NCBI GenBank assembly: GCA_012295275.1
Contig: CM022665.1
Coordinates: 22,320,001 to 22,384,000, forward strand
Direction: 5' to 3'
DNA length: 64,000 nt
Source: Chrysomallon squamiferum
Lineage: Eukaryota; Animalia; Mollusca
A program made the translations under genes and the position numbers. Positions 1 through 11,710 of the stretch are shown in pieces. Every line of letters starts with the position of its first letter. Position 1 is the first letter of the stretch. The notes beneath the pieces were generated by a model. The model was not told the origin of the DNA, searched no databases, and worked only from the letters and a program-made list of their open reading frames with translations.

Positions 1-372
1 TAACAACAATATAACAGCAAAAACAACATCAGGATACTGTAATTGATTTTCATATTTTTACAATATTTTATCATTATAAATTGTTGTTTTTGGCATTTAG
101 AATAATTTAGTACCATAATGTGTTTGTGTTTGTGTGTGTGTGTGTGTATGCATGTGTGTGGGTGTTCTTTTTATGAAGGTTTTTTTTTTTTCTTTTTTCC
201 TTGCTATATTTGTTAAAGAAAAATGTTTTTTTTTGGGAGGGTTCTTATTTTATTTAATTAATTAATTTATTTATTTATTTTTTTTTTTATTTTTTTTTTT
301 TTTTTTTGCAGCACTTGGATAAATAATTATAAATATAATTTCTAAAAAATAAAATAAAGAAACAATAAATAC

Positions 373-425
373 CTGGTCCAAGTCTTAAAACCTTTGGCAA
401 TAATCCTTTGTACAAAGCAAAATAC
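373..425 (-). CDS. SLC25A21: SLC25A21 coding exon 7 (YFALYKGLLPKVLRLGP-G)
   Basis: CAG acceptor, CAG|GTATT donor, 53 nt. Confidence 0.93.
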
Positions 426-1555
426 CTGTAAAGTAAATCTATGCTTTAACAGTCATTCTTTACATAAAGAAAACAAAAAAAGGAAATGAAAATAATTTTA
501 AAAGTGAAAGAGAAAATGGGTTCATATAGTCTGTAGTGAATATGGTTAATGTGAGTGGTTTCCCTTTTAAATCCAATCATGATAGGAGATTAAAGGTCAT
601 GTCCTTGACATGCACATTTAAAAATTCTCTAATGGATGTACCCATACTTATACCCATACCCCTCAGAATATAATACTAGAAAGAATTATACAATTTTTAC
701 TTTGTATCTTCTTCTGACATTAAATTTATCAAAATTATGGTCTAAAACCTACGCTCCTAGTGAACAAACAAATAATAACAAATATTTAAATACTGACCCC
801 TCTTCTCTGTAAACTAATTTCATTGTCTGAAAACAGGTGTGATATTTTATTTCTCCTGGCACTGGTTGTGGCCCCTGAATCCTGCTTTTAGCCACATCCC
901 AAGGGATGTTCACACAAGAGGCTAAAATCCCAGCTCCCAGACCAATAACAAATCGTCTTGGAAGATCATATCTTTGATCCTAAATAAAAAGTTATAAATA
1001 TTTTTTTTCATGTAAAATCCAAGTTTTAAATAAATCTAAATAGCACAAATATTTTAATTATATTAGTTGCTTCAGTTAAAATTGAATAGATTTCTAAACA
1101 GAATCCAATTTTTTACTTCTTTTTATGACCACTATTAAGCATAGGTGGAACATATTTATGATATTTTTTTTTTTTTTTAAAGTAATATTAAAACCTGACT
1201 AAATATTATGATATTATAATGGTGTCTTCCCACTTGTTCTAAACATTTTAAGTAGGGATAAAAATATTATTTGATCCAAATGGGAATTATGTAATAGGCC
1301 GTTCGACTATGTGGGTAATTAGGAGAGTTAATTTCAAACCTCATATATATAAGTGTATTAGATCAAGTAGGAATTACATAATAATATATGTGGGTAACTA
1401 CCAGCTAACATTGTCAAATATTTGTTAGCTTAGCAATATATCATTGTAAAACAAATTATTCCAAAAAACAACAACAAACAAACAAAACCCAAAAAAAAAA
1501 AACCCCAAAACATTACTAGTGAATCTGGTGTTACTGGTTGAAACTTTAGGATCTG

Positions 1556-1586
<31 letters not shown>

Positions 1587-4500
1587 GTTACTTTAGCATG
1601 AATGCGCTTTGCCACATGACAGATCAGCTTAAACAAAAACCAGTTCAGTTGTATGACATTCAGTGTCCATCAGTTTGATATTGTTATTCACTGTCCTTTC
1701 TTCTGTGCCAATTTTTCTTCCATTCAGGATTGTTCGAGATATGAACTAGTACATGTTCAGATAACTTGTAGGAATGGAGCTTGTTATACCACCCTTTAAG
1801 GTCATTGTTCATTCTGTGTCTACTGTTTGCAAAGTGATTCCATACAAGTTTGTTCCATGCAGGCATACTGACCCAGATCCTGGTCATACAGTCCATTAAA
1901 GTCACAGACGTTTCACCCAGGGGACACTGCAATGACATCAACCTCAACCTGGTCCAGTGATACAAATGGCCTTGGTTCTAAGTGAAAGTAGTACCATGTT
2001 TTCTTTGTACTGGAGAATCAGACCCCCTTAAATACTTCAGTTTTAGCATTGGCAGCGGTTTTCTCAAAGTTGATCTGGAAAAACTCTGGCTCCAGGTTGA
2101 ATCTGTTTCTTCCTGTTTCAGTCTTCATTAGTTGAATGGCTGATGCATAATTAGTTTGGATCTTCATTGGAAGGGGCATGTACAAAACAGGGTACATGAT
2201 GCCTCACACTTCTGCATGAAGAGTTTAAATCTGTAGAAACAGTCATGGAGATGAATGAAATGCACATTCAGTATAAATGACATTAGCATTGCTTAGATAT
2301 TCGATTCTTGGTGATAGCCAAAATAAGGAGTTTGTCTATATCTCCATATGTTAGTGTCCATGCACCCTCTAACACAATTTCTGATCATGCCTGTGGGAGC
2401 TTGGGGACAGTTTTCTGCCTTTGTCTATATATACATGGAAAACTTCATTGTATCCAGAATAGTGATGTGGTGAAGGATGTTGGCTGGTGGATCACTGGCC
2501 ATCTTTCTCAGCTTGGAAAGTTCATCATCACAGATCTTATTGATAGAAATGGTATCTGTTCCATTGGACTAGTTTTAAACTGTTCCATGGTTATCAGAAG
2601 AAAGGATAGCAGATGGCTGCGATTGGCAGTTCCAGTTTTCAACAGTCAGTCATCAATGGTCTTCACACACCCTTTACATGCAAATTCTACAAAACACCAG
2701 TAAGTGATAGTATTCTTAAGTCTGTTCACTTTGAACTTGCATTCTCTATTGTATGCATGTCTGCTCCTCAAGTATTAGCAATGTAAGTAACTTGTATTTG
2801 GATGTCTGTCATTTTCACTGTTGTCCAGGCAGTAAGTGAACATATACATGTTTTAGTATATCTTAAAAAGCTATCTCAAACTGTAAGAGATGAAAGTAAC
2901 AAAATGGTGTATACTTTACAGTTTCTTTTTATACCAAATTATAATTCCATATGTTGTTACACTGGTTACTCTACAGCTGCTGTACTCTAGTTCATGTGTT
3001 CTCTAACAGGATTAATTTCAGATGAAAATATACTTTACTACACTCATTAATGAGTAAATCACAAAGCTGGAAATAATTAAATCTCTATTACTGAAATCTA
3101 AAAAACAATATTGGAATTTTGTTGAGTTTCCCTGGTTTATAGTCTGTTTAGTTGTTCCTTTACCATTTATTACATTTTTATAAAGACTAGTATGCTGTAG
3201 GCAGAACATAAAACTAATTATTTCTTTTTTCCAAAATAAAGCAGTTCCATAAACCAGGTTATCAAGTAACCATGGCCTTACTTAAAATATAATAGCATTA
3301 CAATAGGTGTAGAGATTTAACATTTACTACAACAGTTAATTTTACTTCAGATCCTTTGTTTCAGCATGGAATCACCCAACGTGGTCTAGTGAGTTTTAAA
3401 AATAGACATGTGGGCTAAAACCTAATCCTTTCTTTTAGATCAACATGAAACATTTTAGGTGTGAAATTAGATCAAAGAGGTGGGAACCATTAAGACTAGT
3501 TCCAGACACCAAGGGTTCCATGTATGACTGTAAATTATCAAAGTTTTATAATTTTAGTGACATCTTTTAGAGAATCAGAAAAGCACATATCCAAAACAAT
3601 AGACAAAATATCTTCAGTAATTTATTTAAACTGTCAGTCAAAGTTCAAAAGTTATACAATTATTATTGATAATTTTAATTATTTTTAGAATTGCTGATAT
3701 TATAAACATTCCTATAATGTGTCACTTTTTCAACTTGTTCATCCAATTATCACTCAAAATAAAATACAATAAAATAATTTAAGACTTTAAACAAGAAATG
3801 TGGTTGAAGGGAAGTAACTCAATCTTTACTATTCACAATACCAATATTAACTATTCTGTGTTGTAAAATGTAGTTAAATTTAAATTTAAAAAATCTAAAA
3901 TATAAGTGTTATGTGTAAAACAAATTAAAGAAACAATTTTGGCTTGTTTTTCATATATACCAGTTCAAAAGTTGTATTCTGAATTAAAAGAAATTTAATA
4001 ATAATAATAATCCAATTACAAAAAATCACCCAGCCTTCTGTCAACACCCCCCCCCACAAAAACCAATAACATTTACAAAAATCCAGATGCTAAAATATTT
4101 CCTTGATAATTTGATAAATTTACAAACAGAAATAAAATATCTGACTACTGATAACAGTTCTTCAGTTCTGTTGATCAATAAAAACCACCCATACATATGG
4201 CATCTCTGAGTTCCCTCCTTTACATTACTATAAAAATTATATTTTACACATAACAATTAATATAAAATATACTATTAAACATTTATTAATTACCTTAACT
4301 TCTGGAACAAGAGCCTTTATGTTGTGATAAAAACTGAAATACACCATGTTGAAAACTCCATGTCTGCCTAGTGTAGATGTCAAGCCTTTATTCATTCCCT
4401 GCAGGCCAAATCCATCTTTACGTATTATTTCTCTAGCTAGCTGAAATGTGCTTGGTTGCTGTAAAACCAAGATATTAATAATGCATTAGCATCTTGTAAC

Positions 4501-7036
4501 TAAAATACATTATTCATATTATTGGTTAAATTTTTATTATATCTGTGAATTAATTTTGAACTAATGATAAATATTAAATATAATAAATATATAATAGAAA
4601 AATTGTAAATTAAAAAAATAAGCTATTAGCAAAAATTATCTAAACAAAGATGAACAGAATGAATTCTATCTGAAGCATAAAATACACAAATAAAACCTAC
4701 ACAAATAGATCTAATATTATTAATAATTATCATACAGGATTCCAATTTCATTTCTTTTAATTAATTAATAATTGTGTTTTTAATTTATTTACATTTATAA
4801 ACAATTCATAAACATAATATGTTGGGTTTTTTTAAATATTATCATGAGGTTGTGCTACCTTATGTCCCCAGAGTATCACCCTCTCAGTAGACCTCATAAT
4901 ACTGATACTACTTCAGAAAACACATTTCAGAATTAGGTTCAGCTATGTACCTTTTGGAATACACTTCTTTCTGCTTGTAGTTTTACTTTGACGACTTCAA
5001 ATGGGTTAATAACCAAAGCTTCTGTCATCCCTGCAAACAAACCAGCTGCTGTGAGAACCTAAAATAAAAATTTAGCAACACCAGAATTCTGAAAATAATA
5101 ATACCTTTAATAAACCTTTTAATAATATGTGGTCCTTGAATTTGAATTAAATAATATAATCTAATATATATAATTTTTTATTCAAAAGACTTCTTTTTAT
5201 TAATTGATTTTTCCAGAACATTTTGGTAAAATAAATCAGTAAAAACATATTTATAATTATATTGGTAAAACTGAATATATATACTTATTTTATAGTTATA
5301 AAAAAAATGTATACAGATGTATTTGTTTTGAAACCACCAAGCAAGAAAATCTGTTGTTAGCAAGAAATAAAGTATAATTATTATCAAGCAAGGAAATAAA
5401 CACATAAATTACTGCTGTTTATAACACCTGATGACAGATTATCAATGATAAATACAAATAAATACCAAAGAAAATTTACCAGTGGCTGGGCAAGGTAGTT
5501 ACCATATCCAAAGAGTGATTTGTATCTTTCAAATGTGAAGAATTTGACAGCTCTCTTAGGTGTTTCAGCCAACAGTGGAGGCAAAATTCCTTTATAGAAT
5601 GACAATGCCCTTCAATAAAAAGAGAATTAAGAAAATAAAAAGTTTAATCAGTTACCTCTTCTTCGTGTGTGACATGGTGAAGTAATATGAATTACTTGTC
5701 AGAAAAAATAAATAAAATGATTATGGCTTAAATGTTATAAATTGATAAAGAAACAAGCATAAGAAAAGAAGGAAAATTAAAACATTAAAAAACATATACA
5801 AAATAATAATTACTTAAATTTCTTGTGGCCTTTTTGTAGTAGTATAAAAAAAAAAAAAAAAAATGATTTCTCATTTTATTTTTTAACAGCTCTATATACA
5901 TTTCTTAATTCAGTTTTAATAATTATAACATAGATTTATTATTTTGAATGACATATAGACATGCAGTTTTGTTGCATATGCTTGTACCTGTATTCTGTAA
6001 TAGTTATTACAGCATTGAAATACAAAAAATATTCAGATGACTTTTATACAAAGTAATCCAAAAAAAAAAAATATATATATATATAAGGAATTAATGACAA
6101 TATAACATATACAAGATTTTATTGTTATTTTCATACATTAACCTGAGAAAACATCTTTAGAAATTAAACTAACAGTACAGGTAACATCTTTTTTATTTCT
6201 TTGTATAATGTTTTCACATTTACCCTTCATTTCTGTACATCTTGCGGAAACAGTCAACAATTGAAGAATATCTGTTAGGGTCTTCAGGGCCTCTCTGAAT
6301 CTGGAACCGAGTTTTAATCAAGTCCAAAGGGTGCATTATGGACACTTCAACAAATCCTATAGAGAAAAATTAAATAACCTGTTTATCTGTAATGATTATT
6401 TCAGATTGTTATGTCAAACAGTTAAAATTTTATAACAGCAAGAATTAATTATTTCAAATATTAATATTTTCTTGATGTCATGTTTTTTTTTTTTTTTTTT
6501 AAAAAACATTAATAAATATAATTTTCACAAAAAAATCATCAGTAGTAGTAGTAGCATCATCAGCAGCAGCATTAGTAGTAGTAATAGTTGTAGTAATAGT
6601 TGTGGTAGTAGTAGTAATAGTAGTAGTAATAATAATAATAATAATAATAGTTGTTGTTGTTGTTGTTGTTGTTGCTGCTGTTGCTGCTGTTTTTTGTTGT
6701 TGTTTTTTGTGGGATTCTCCACCATAATAAATGATATCCTCATATGTTTATGCATAAAAATCTCAATTCCTAGATTATTAATCACTAATACAAGGCTTTT
6801 AATAACCGACAAGGCGTTTAGGAAAATACAAGTGATATTGAACATCATCATGACATACATTACCTTTGATTACGCACAAACCCTACAAATATATTATAGA
6901 GATTAATTATTTTTATATCATCTTTGGACGTACTGATATCCTGGTTTAGGACAAAATTACCTGCGCACCCGCCTGCAGCAAACTGCATCACCATCAGTTT
7001 TACACTACCATGTTGTTTGGTACCAACTGCTGACAT
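373..7036 (-). CDS. SLC25A21: Mitochondrial 2-oxodicarboxylate carrier (ODC), spliced and 3'-partial: join 6961-7036, 6224-6356, 5480-5609, 4951-5058, 4294-4458, 798-979, 373-425; final exon lies beyond the left edge
   Basis: Manual translation gives MSAVGTKQHGSVKLMVMQFAAGGCAGFVEVSIMHPLDLIKTRFQIQ...FYKGILPPLLAETPKRAVKFFTFE...NPFEVVKVKLQA...LGRHGVFNMVYF...NIPWDVAKSRIQGPQPVPGEIKY...LYKGLLPKVLRLGP. It has three PX[DE]XX[KR] carrier signatures and ODC-specific motifs; all introns are GT-AG with matching phases. Confidence 0.96.
798..979 (-). CDS. SLC25A21: SLC25A21 coding exon 6 (DQRYDLPRRFVIGLGAGILASCVNIPWDVAKSRIQGPQPVPGEIKYHTCFQTMKLVYREEG)
   Basis: TAG acceptor, GGG|GTCAG donor, 182 nt; third signature PWDVAK. 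Confidence 0.95.
1557..1581. repeat. (TG)n microsatellite
   Basis: Direct reading of the TG run. Confidence 0.9.
1760..2812 (-). mobile_element. Decayed Mutator-like (MULE) transposase with N-terminal FLYWCH zinc finger, in SLC25A21 intron 5
   Basis: Minus-strand fragments with stops and frameshifts: KFKVNRLKNTITYWCFVEFACKGCVKT...RSH (FLYWCH-like), VIYTECAFHSSP*LFLQI*TLHAEV*GIMYPVLYMPLPMKIQTNY...LEPEFFQINFEKTAANAKTEVF (MULE core, catalytic D positions degenerated) and WNHFANSRHRMNNDLKGWYNKL (WN..RTNNxxEGW-like). Degenerate TAGA(C/T)CAAxTGGGAATTA-like subrepeats near 1270-1400 and 3365-3490 may be the element ends. Confidence 0.8.
4294..4458 (-). CDS. SLC25A21: SLC25A21 coding exon 5 (QPSTFQLAREIIRKDGFGLQGMNKGLTSTLGRHGVFNMVYFSFYHNIKALVPEVK)
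   Basis: CAG acceptor, AAG|GTAAT donor, 165 nt; matches ORF 4237-4470. Confidence 0.95.
4951..5058 (-). CDS. SLC25A21: SLC25A21 coding exon 4 (VLTAAGLFAGMTEALVINPFEVVKVKLQAERSVFQK)
   Basis: TAG acceptor, AAG|GTACA donor, 108 nt; second signature PFEVVK. Confidence 0.95.
5480..5609 (-). CDS. SLC25A21: SLC25A21 coding exon 3 (ALSFYKGILPPLLAETPKRAVKFFTFERYKSLFGYGNYLAQPL)
   Basis: AAG acceptor, CTG|GTAAA donor, 130 nt; matches ORF 5384-5605. Confidence 0.93.
6224..6356 (-). CDS. SLC25A21: SLC25A21 coding exon 2 (FVEVSIMHPLDLIKTRFQIQRGPEDPNRYSSIVDCFRKMYRNEG)
   Basis: TAG acceptor, AGG|GTAAA donor, 133 nt; first carrier signature PLDLIK. Confidence 0.95.
6535..6705. repeat. Compound trinucleotide microsatellite (AGT/AGC/AAT/TGT/TGC) in SLC25A21 intron 1
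   Basis: In-phase runs of agt, agc, aat, tgt and tgc; they produce the spurious polyS/N/C and polyQ/L ORFs. Confidence 0.92.
6961..7036 (-). CDS. SLC25A21: SLC25A21 coding exon 1 (MSAVGTKQHGSVKLMVMQFAAGGCA-G)
   Basis: ATG at 7036; donor GCAG|GTAAT; 76 nt, phase 1. Confidence 0.9.
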
Positions 7037-7356
7037 GCTTTCTATTTCACGTGTCGCCTAGAGAGGAAATACCTTTGGGAATTCCCAAACGAGACGTCAT
7101 GAAGGGATTTATTGTTATTTCTTAATTTGTTTTGAAATTGTGTCAGTTTAAAACATAAAAATGTAAATTCAGAATATCAAATCAGATTACTTGATGAATT
7201 ACTGTAATAAAAAATAACTGATACTATTATTTTAAAAAATATTTCTCCTTCATAATTATTATAGAAATAAATAGAACATTTTGCTTTCTACGCTCCCTGG
7301 GATAGACCTCAACTAAGGACGACAACTCTATTGCAGCGTGTGAACGTGCACTTCCA
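7037..7356. promoter_or_regulatory. Putative bidirectional promoter/5' leader region between SLC25A21 (-) and MRPS12 (+)
   Basis: Divergent gene arrangement and local CpG retention; E-box CACGTG 7048-7053, perfect palindrome TTTGGGAATTCCCAAA 7074-7089, CRE-like GACGTCA 7093-7099. Confidence 0.6.
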
Positions 7357-7364
7357 ATGGGAGA
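7290..7364 (+). other. MRPS12: Putative non-coding first exon of MRPS12 (5' boundary approximate)
   Basis: CpG-containing block ending in the consensus donor AGA|GTAAGT at 7365; the next acceptor TTTTAG at 8406 lies 12 nt before the MRPS12 ATG, so an upstream exon is required. Confidence 0.55.
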
Positions 7365-8418
7365 GTAAGTCCGACATTGATATAGGTAATGATTTGTATT
7401 TTTGTAAATATAAAACAAAATCTACATATTTTATTGTCTTTAATAAATAGGTATTCATCTTTGCAAGGTATCTGAATTGTGATTTAACTCATTTTCGTCA
7501 ACTGTGAGGCTTTCAAGTATTAAAGCACTGTAGTCACAGTAGTGTAAGACTAAAGTTAAATTCATTAGGATTATTCGATTCATTTATAATTGTAATTATT
7601 CATAATTAATTTCACTTTATTTAACTTACTCATTTGTTAGACATTATCCAGTCCATGATAATGATACTAATCACCATGTGGGAGGCCAGTGAAACCATAT
7701 TGTATTTATCATCATATATTTACGATATTTTAATTTATTTACAATAATTAATTTTATTTTTACTGTTACTTAAATTCATTATTACATCTGTTAATGTTAC
7801 AGCTAACTGTCAGTTTATATCTAACTACTCAGTCTGCTGCCATTTTGTTGACTCGTATGTTTAATGCGAAACAACAAAAATTAAAATAAAATAAAATTAT
7901 TATTCATTTATTGTATTACATTCCATGAAATAGCTGAAATTTTATGTTTTGCAAGTCATAATTATATATTTCTAAATGTGTTCTTGGAGCCATTATTTAT
8001 AAATCTTGTTAAATATAGCATACATAGCATTAGTTAAATATAGATTTTCGCATCTTGTTTTTCATATAATAACAATTTTTTTTATCTCACACCCACACAC
8101 CCACATCTAAATATGATGATCACTTATGAAAGAAAACGGTGAATAAAATATCTGAAAGCCTTTTCCTATCATTTGGTTAATTCAAATAGCAATCATGAGT
8201 ACAAATAAAGTTTTTTTTCTGTTTTTAATTTTTATTATTTATTTATTTATTTTTATTATTATTGTTCAGTATAAATCACTGACATGCAGAATTCAAATCC
8301 TTTCATCCTTTGTGGAATAATTGTTTAATTAATTTATTGCTATGTACAAATTGTAACGAATCTTAAGTTTCTGTAAATTATTGTTTAATATTTCCTTTCA
8401 TTTTAGGTTTAATTAAAA

Positions 8419-8512
8419 ATGCTACCAATAACAGGAATGTTGAGATCTTTGTGCTGTTCCACAGTCAGCCAAATTTCTTCTTACACCAGAAACCTTCCAA
8501 TACGATTACCAG
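8419..8512 (+). CDS. MRPS12: MRPS12 coding exon 1 (targeting-peptide-like, no acidic residues)
   Basis: AAAATG after the acceptor at 8406; donor CAG|GTAAA at 8513. Confidence 0.82.
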
Positions 8513-9623
8513 GTAAATAAAATGTTTGTAAATGTTATACTTGTTTCATTTTAAAAAATAACATTAAAATGAAATAAAAGGCATCCATATATATACACAC
8601 ACACAGTGGTTCCTGTCTTTAATGGCCCCCGAGATGAGCAGCCACAGACATTTTTTCAATTCCTGATTGTTTTTTTTTTTTGTGTAGATATGTCCCTTAG
8701 ATCAGCAGACACCTGCTGTTTGTGTACACAGTCAGCATTTTAAAAAATTACTATTACCTGCTGAAGCTGAGAATCATACTGATTTGGATTTGTTTTCTCC
8801 AAAATAAATAATTTTGTGGTATGGCACCTTCATAAGCTATTTTTAAAAGATAGCATCATTTCCTGCACTGCACAGTGCATGCTGGAAGTGTGGTTTTTGT
8901 AGAATTACAGGAATCTGTGAACTGCAATTGCCAGCTGCTTGCCTGCCAAACCATGACAGTTAAAACCATTTGGTACATAATTTTGATAATTCAAACAATC
9001 AACATTATTCCATGCATTTTTATGTTTTATAAACTCTGAGTCTTAGTGGTACTTTTGAGGTAAAAAGATAGTATATATTTGTGTTTATGTATGTATGTAT
9101 ATGCCTTATTAATTAAAATAATTATAATTTTCTCTGTTTTTTTTTTGTTTTTTGTTTTGTTTTTTTCTTAAAAAAGTAATTGATATTATTAATGTTTTCA
9201 TTTCTTTTCTTAGATATTATTTATTCTTTATTATATTTAGGTCTATGCAGCAACTTCTTTCCAACCAACAACTGTTCAGTGAAAGGAATGGCCACTTTGA
9301 ACCAGATGCACAGAGCAGGACCTCCTAAACTTCCACCCAAGAAACCTGGTCCTCTTGATGGACGGCCATATCTGCGTGGAGTGGTTCTCAAAACACTGAT
9401 AAAGAAACCGAAGAAGCCAAACTCTGCTAATCGGAAATGTGTCCGTGTTCGACTTAGCACAGGAAGAGAGGTCACAGCCTATATTCCAGGTGAAGGTCAC
9501 AATCTCCAAGAGCACAGTATTGTGTTGGTGAGAGGTGGCAATGTGAAAGATTTGCCTGGAGTCAGATTGAAGTGTGTTCGTGGAAAATATGATTTAGCTC
9601 ATGTTAAAAAGGATAAAAAGTGA
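8419..9623 (+). CDS. MRPS12: Mitochondrial ribosomal protein S12 (uS12m, tko homolog): join 8419-8512, 9241-9623; about 158 aa
   Basis: MATLNQMHR...[75 protein letters not shown] is the mitochondrial uS12 signature. The upstream exon encodes a presequence-like [31 protein letters not shown] and the phase-1 intron is consistent. Confidence 0.95.
9241..9623 (+). CDS. MRPS12: MRPS12 coding exon 2 (alternative in-frame acceptor possible at 9214)
   Basis: ORF 9180-9623; acceptor TTTAG at 9240; TGA at 9621-9623. Confidence 0.95.
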
Positions 9624-9837
9624 TAAAGATTTATTTTAGACTGTTTGAGATGTATGTGCTAAATATATTGACTTTGTATCCTTCATTATTGTATCCATTA
9701 AGACTGCAAAGTTAAATCATTTTTTTTTTTTTAACAGGAAAATAACACTATTCGTGTATTTATTACAGCAAAAAGTAAGAAATAGGAGCTAAATTTCTTA
9801 GTTTTTGTTTTCTTTGGTGTATCATCAAAAATATTTA

Positions 9838-9843
9838 AATAAA
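9838..9843 (+). terminator. Candidate polyadenylation signal of MRPS12
   Basis: AATAAA about 215 nt after the stop, followed by the GT/T-rich tract CTTGTTTTGGTTTT at about 9860-9873. Confidence 0.5.
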
Positions 9844-10195
9844 CTAGTTTATGAATCATCTTGTTTTGGTTTTCCAAAAAAGTAACTGCAGTGAAGCTTG
9901 CAATATATTTCAGAAATGCCAGTAATCACATTATGGTCTTAAGTGTTCGTTTTAATTTTTGCATGATGTGTTAGTGGGTTATTAATTAATGTCCATTCTT
10001 TCATCAAGAACAAGTCATTCAACATTCGACCCAGGATGTAGAACACAGTTTTCAATAAAGAAATCTATAATTGTTCTTATCTGGTAGTCCACATCCAAAG
10101 ATGAATCATCATTCAAGTTCTCAAGACAGCTAAAAATAGTTCTAAGAGCACAATATGTTTCTTGTTTATTTTTAATTTCTTGTTTATTTCCTTAT

Positions 10196-10229
<34 letters not shown>

Positions 10230-11227
10230 GTAGACCAATCATTGCTAAGTTTGAAGTAAAAACAAATAGCAAGCCTATAAATAGTAACATCCATATTACT
10301 TATGACAATTTGAAAATCATCTATCATAAACTGATGTTAATCAACATATTCAAAAGGATAACTTGACTAAACTAGATGCCTCAGTCCATTACCATATATG
10401 AACAAAAACAAATTTCAGAGAAAACTGGACATTGTTTAGTTTTCTCTTACCTATATTCATTTATTTAAAAGGAAGGAGTAAAATATATTTGAATATGATA
10501 AAATAAATACATAAAGCCTAGGTGTTAAATTCAAAACAAAAGCCAATTTGAGATTAAAATATTTTATTCTCCAAATGTCCCCAAAAAGTCATCATGCTGA
10601 AGTATACAACCATAAACATGTCACAGAAACTTTGAACATGAAAATTAAAAAAGAAAATTAACCGTTTTTGCAGTTGACAACTTTCACTCATGATTACTTA
10701 ATGCTGATGTTAGTACACATTAACTGATATTGCATCTTGTAAAACATGATGTGCTAGTTACATCTTTTGTGCATGATCAGTGTTAAAACATTCAGTAACA
10801 ATGTAAATTATCCATTTTCATTATTTTATAAACAGCACTCTGACTGAGGCCAATACTAATATTGATTAACAATATTTTACGGTTTCCACTGAAATATTAA
10901 TCAAGACTTTAATTTGTAATCTTAAAATAATATTTTTCAGTTGCATCTTACTTGCATTAAAACTTTAACCAGTATCTTACTTCTAAATTTCTTCATGCAT
11001 CACTGATAAAAAAAAAAAAAAATGTATCTGATGACAAGCTGTGCAAAATCATTTCTGCTAGAAACGTTTTCAAAATTTAAGTTTCAACCTTAAAACGAAA
11101 ACAACAGAAAAAATCAAAACATTTCTCAAAAATGCTTAACAAACTCTGAACGATTGAACAAACTTGAAAACTTCATAAACACAAATGGGATATTTGATTC
11201 TGCCAAGCCAAAATTCCAATCCTCCAC

Positions 11228-11710
11228 TACAGGCATTTCTCACTTAACAACTAAGTTCTGTTCCTAATACTAGATCATTAAGTGAATTGGTCAATAAGAA
11301 AGCTGCTGCCCTTTACCAATATTTCAAGCATACTGTATGTTTCTTTATACATTGTTTTAATGTCATCTTGGTGCATTTTATAACATTTTTAGAATATATT
11401 ACAGAGGTTTACTGTATACTGTAATAAAGAGAACAGAGGAAATTGGTTCTTATATAAATGGGACTTAGGTTTGGATACTGTAAATACAGGTAATCATTTT
11501 TATTTATTTTCATTGAAGTGTAACTTCAAGGTAACTGTCATTATTTGTAAAATATGTGCTGACTGATTGCACAAACAAGACAGACTGAGAAAGGGTAATG
11601 CAAGACTCTTTAAAGCCATTTCAGAGACCAAACTTATTGTACCCCGTACAGTAGTGACTGGTCAGAGTTGGTCCTAAATCCATGTGGTCATTAAGTGAGG
11701 AATGCCTGTA
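11228..11710. mobile_element. Tigger/pogo-like MITE (about 480 bp) with TIRs and TA target duplication
   Basis: Left end TA-CAGGCATTTCTCACTTAA (11228-11247) matches the reverse complement of the right end TA-CAGGCATTCCTCACTTAA (11691-11710) at 19/20 positions; subterminal (G/A)TCATTAAGTGA repeat; no coding capacity. Confidence 0.8.

Noticed and set aside
6472-6906. ORFs 6472-6906 (+) and 6525-6860 (-) with polyS/N/C and polyQ/L tracts
   Set aside because: Products of an intronic trinucleotide microsatellite that lacks stops in those frames
9221-9515. Minus-strand ORFs overlapping MRPS12, and similar shadow ORFs over Smaug exons (19984-20244, 20023-20322, 28854-29099)
   Set aside because: Antisense or alternative-frame shadows of real coding exons with no independent support
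11028-11065. CTGATGA...GAAAC hammerhead-like core
   Set aside because: No stem II can form (the flanking C and A do not pair) and no stems I or III were found; no CTGANGA core was seen in the array units either, so they are not retrozymes
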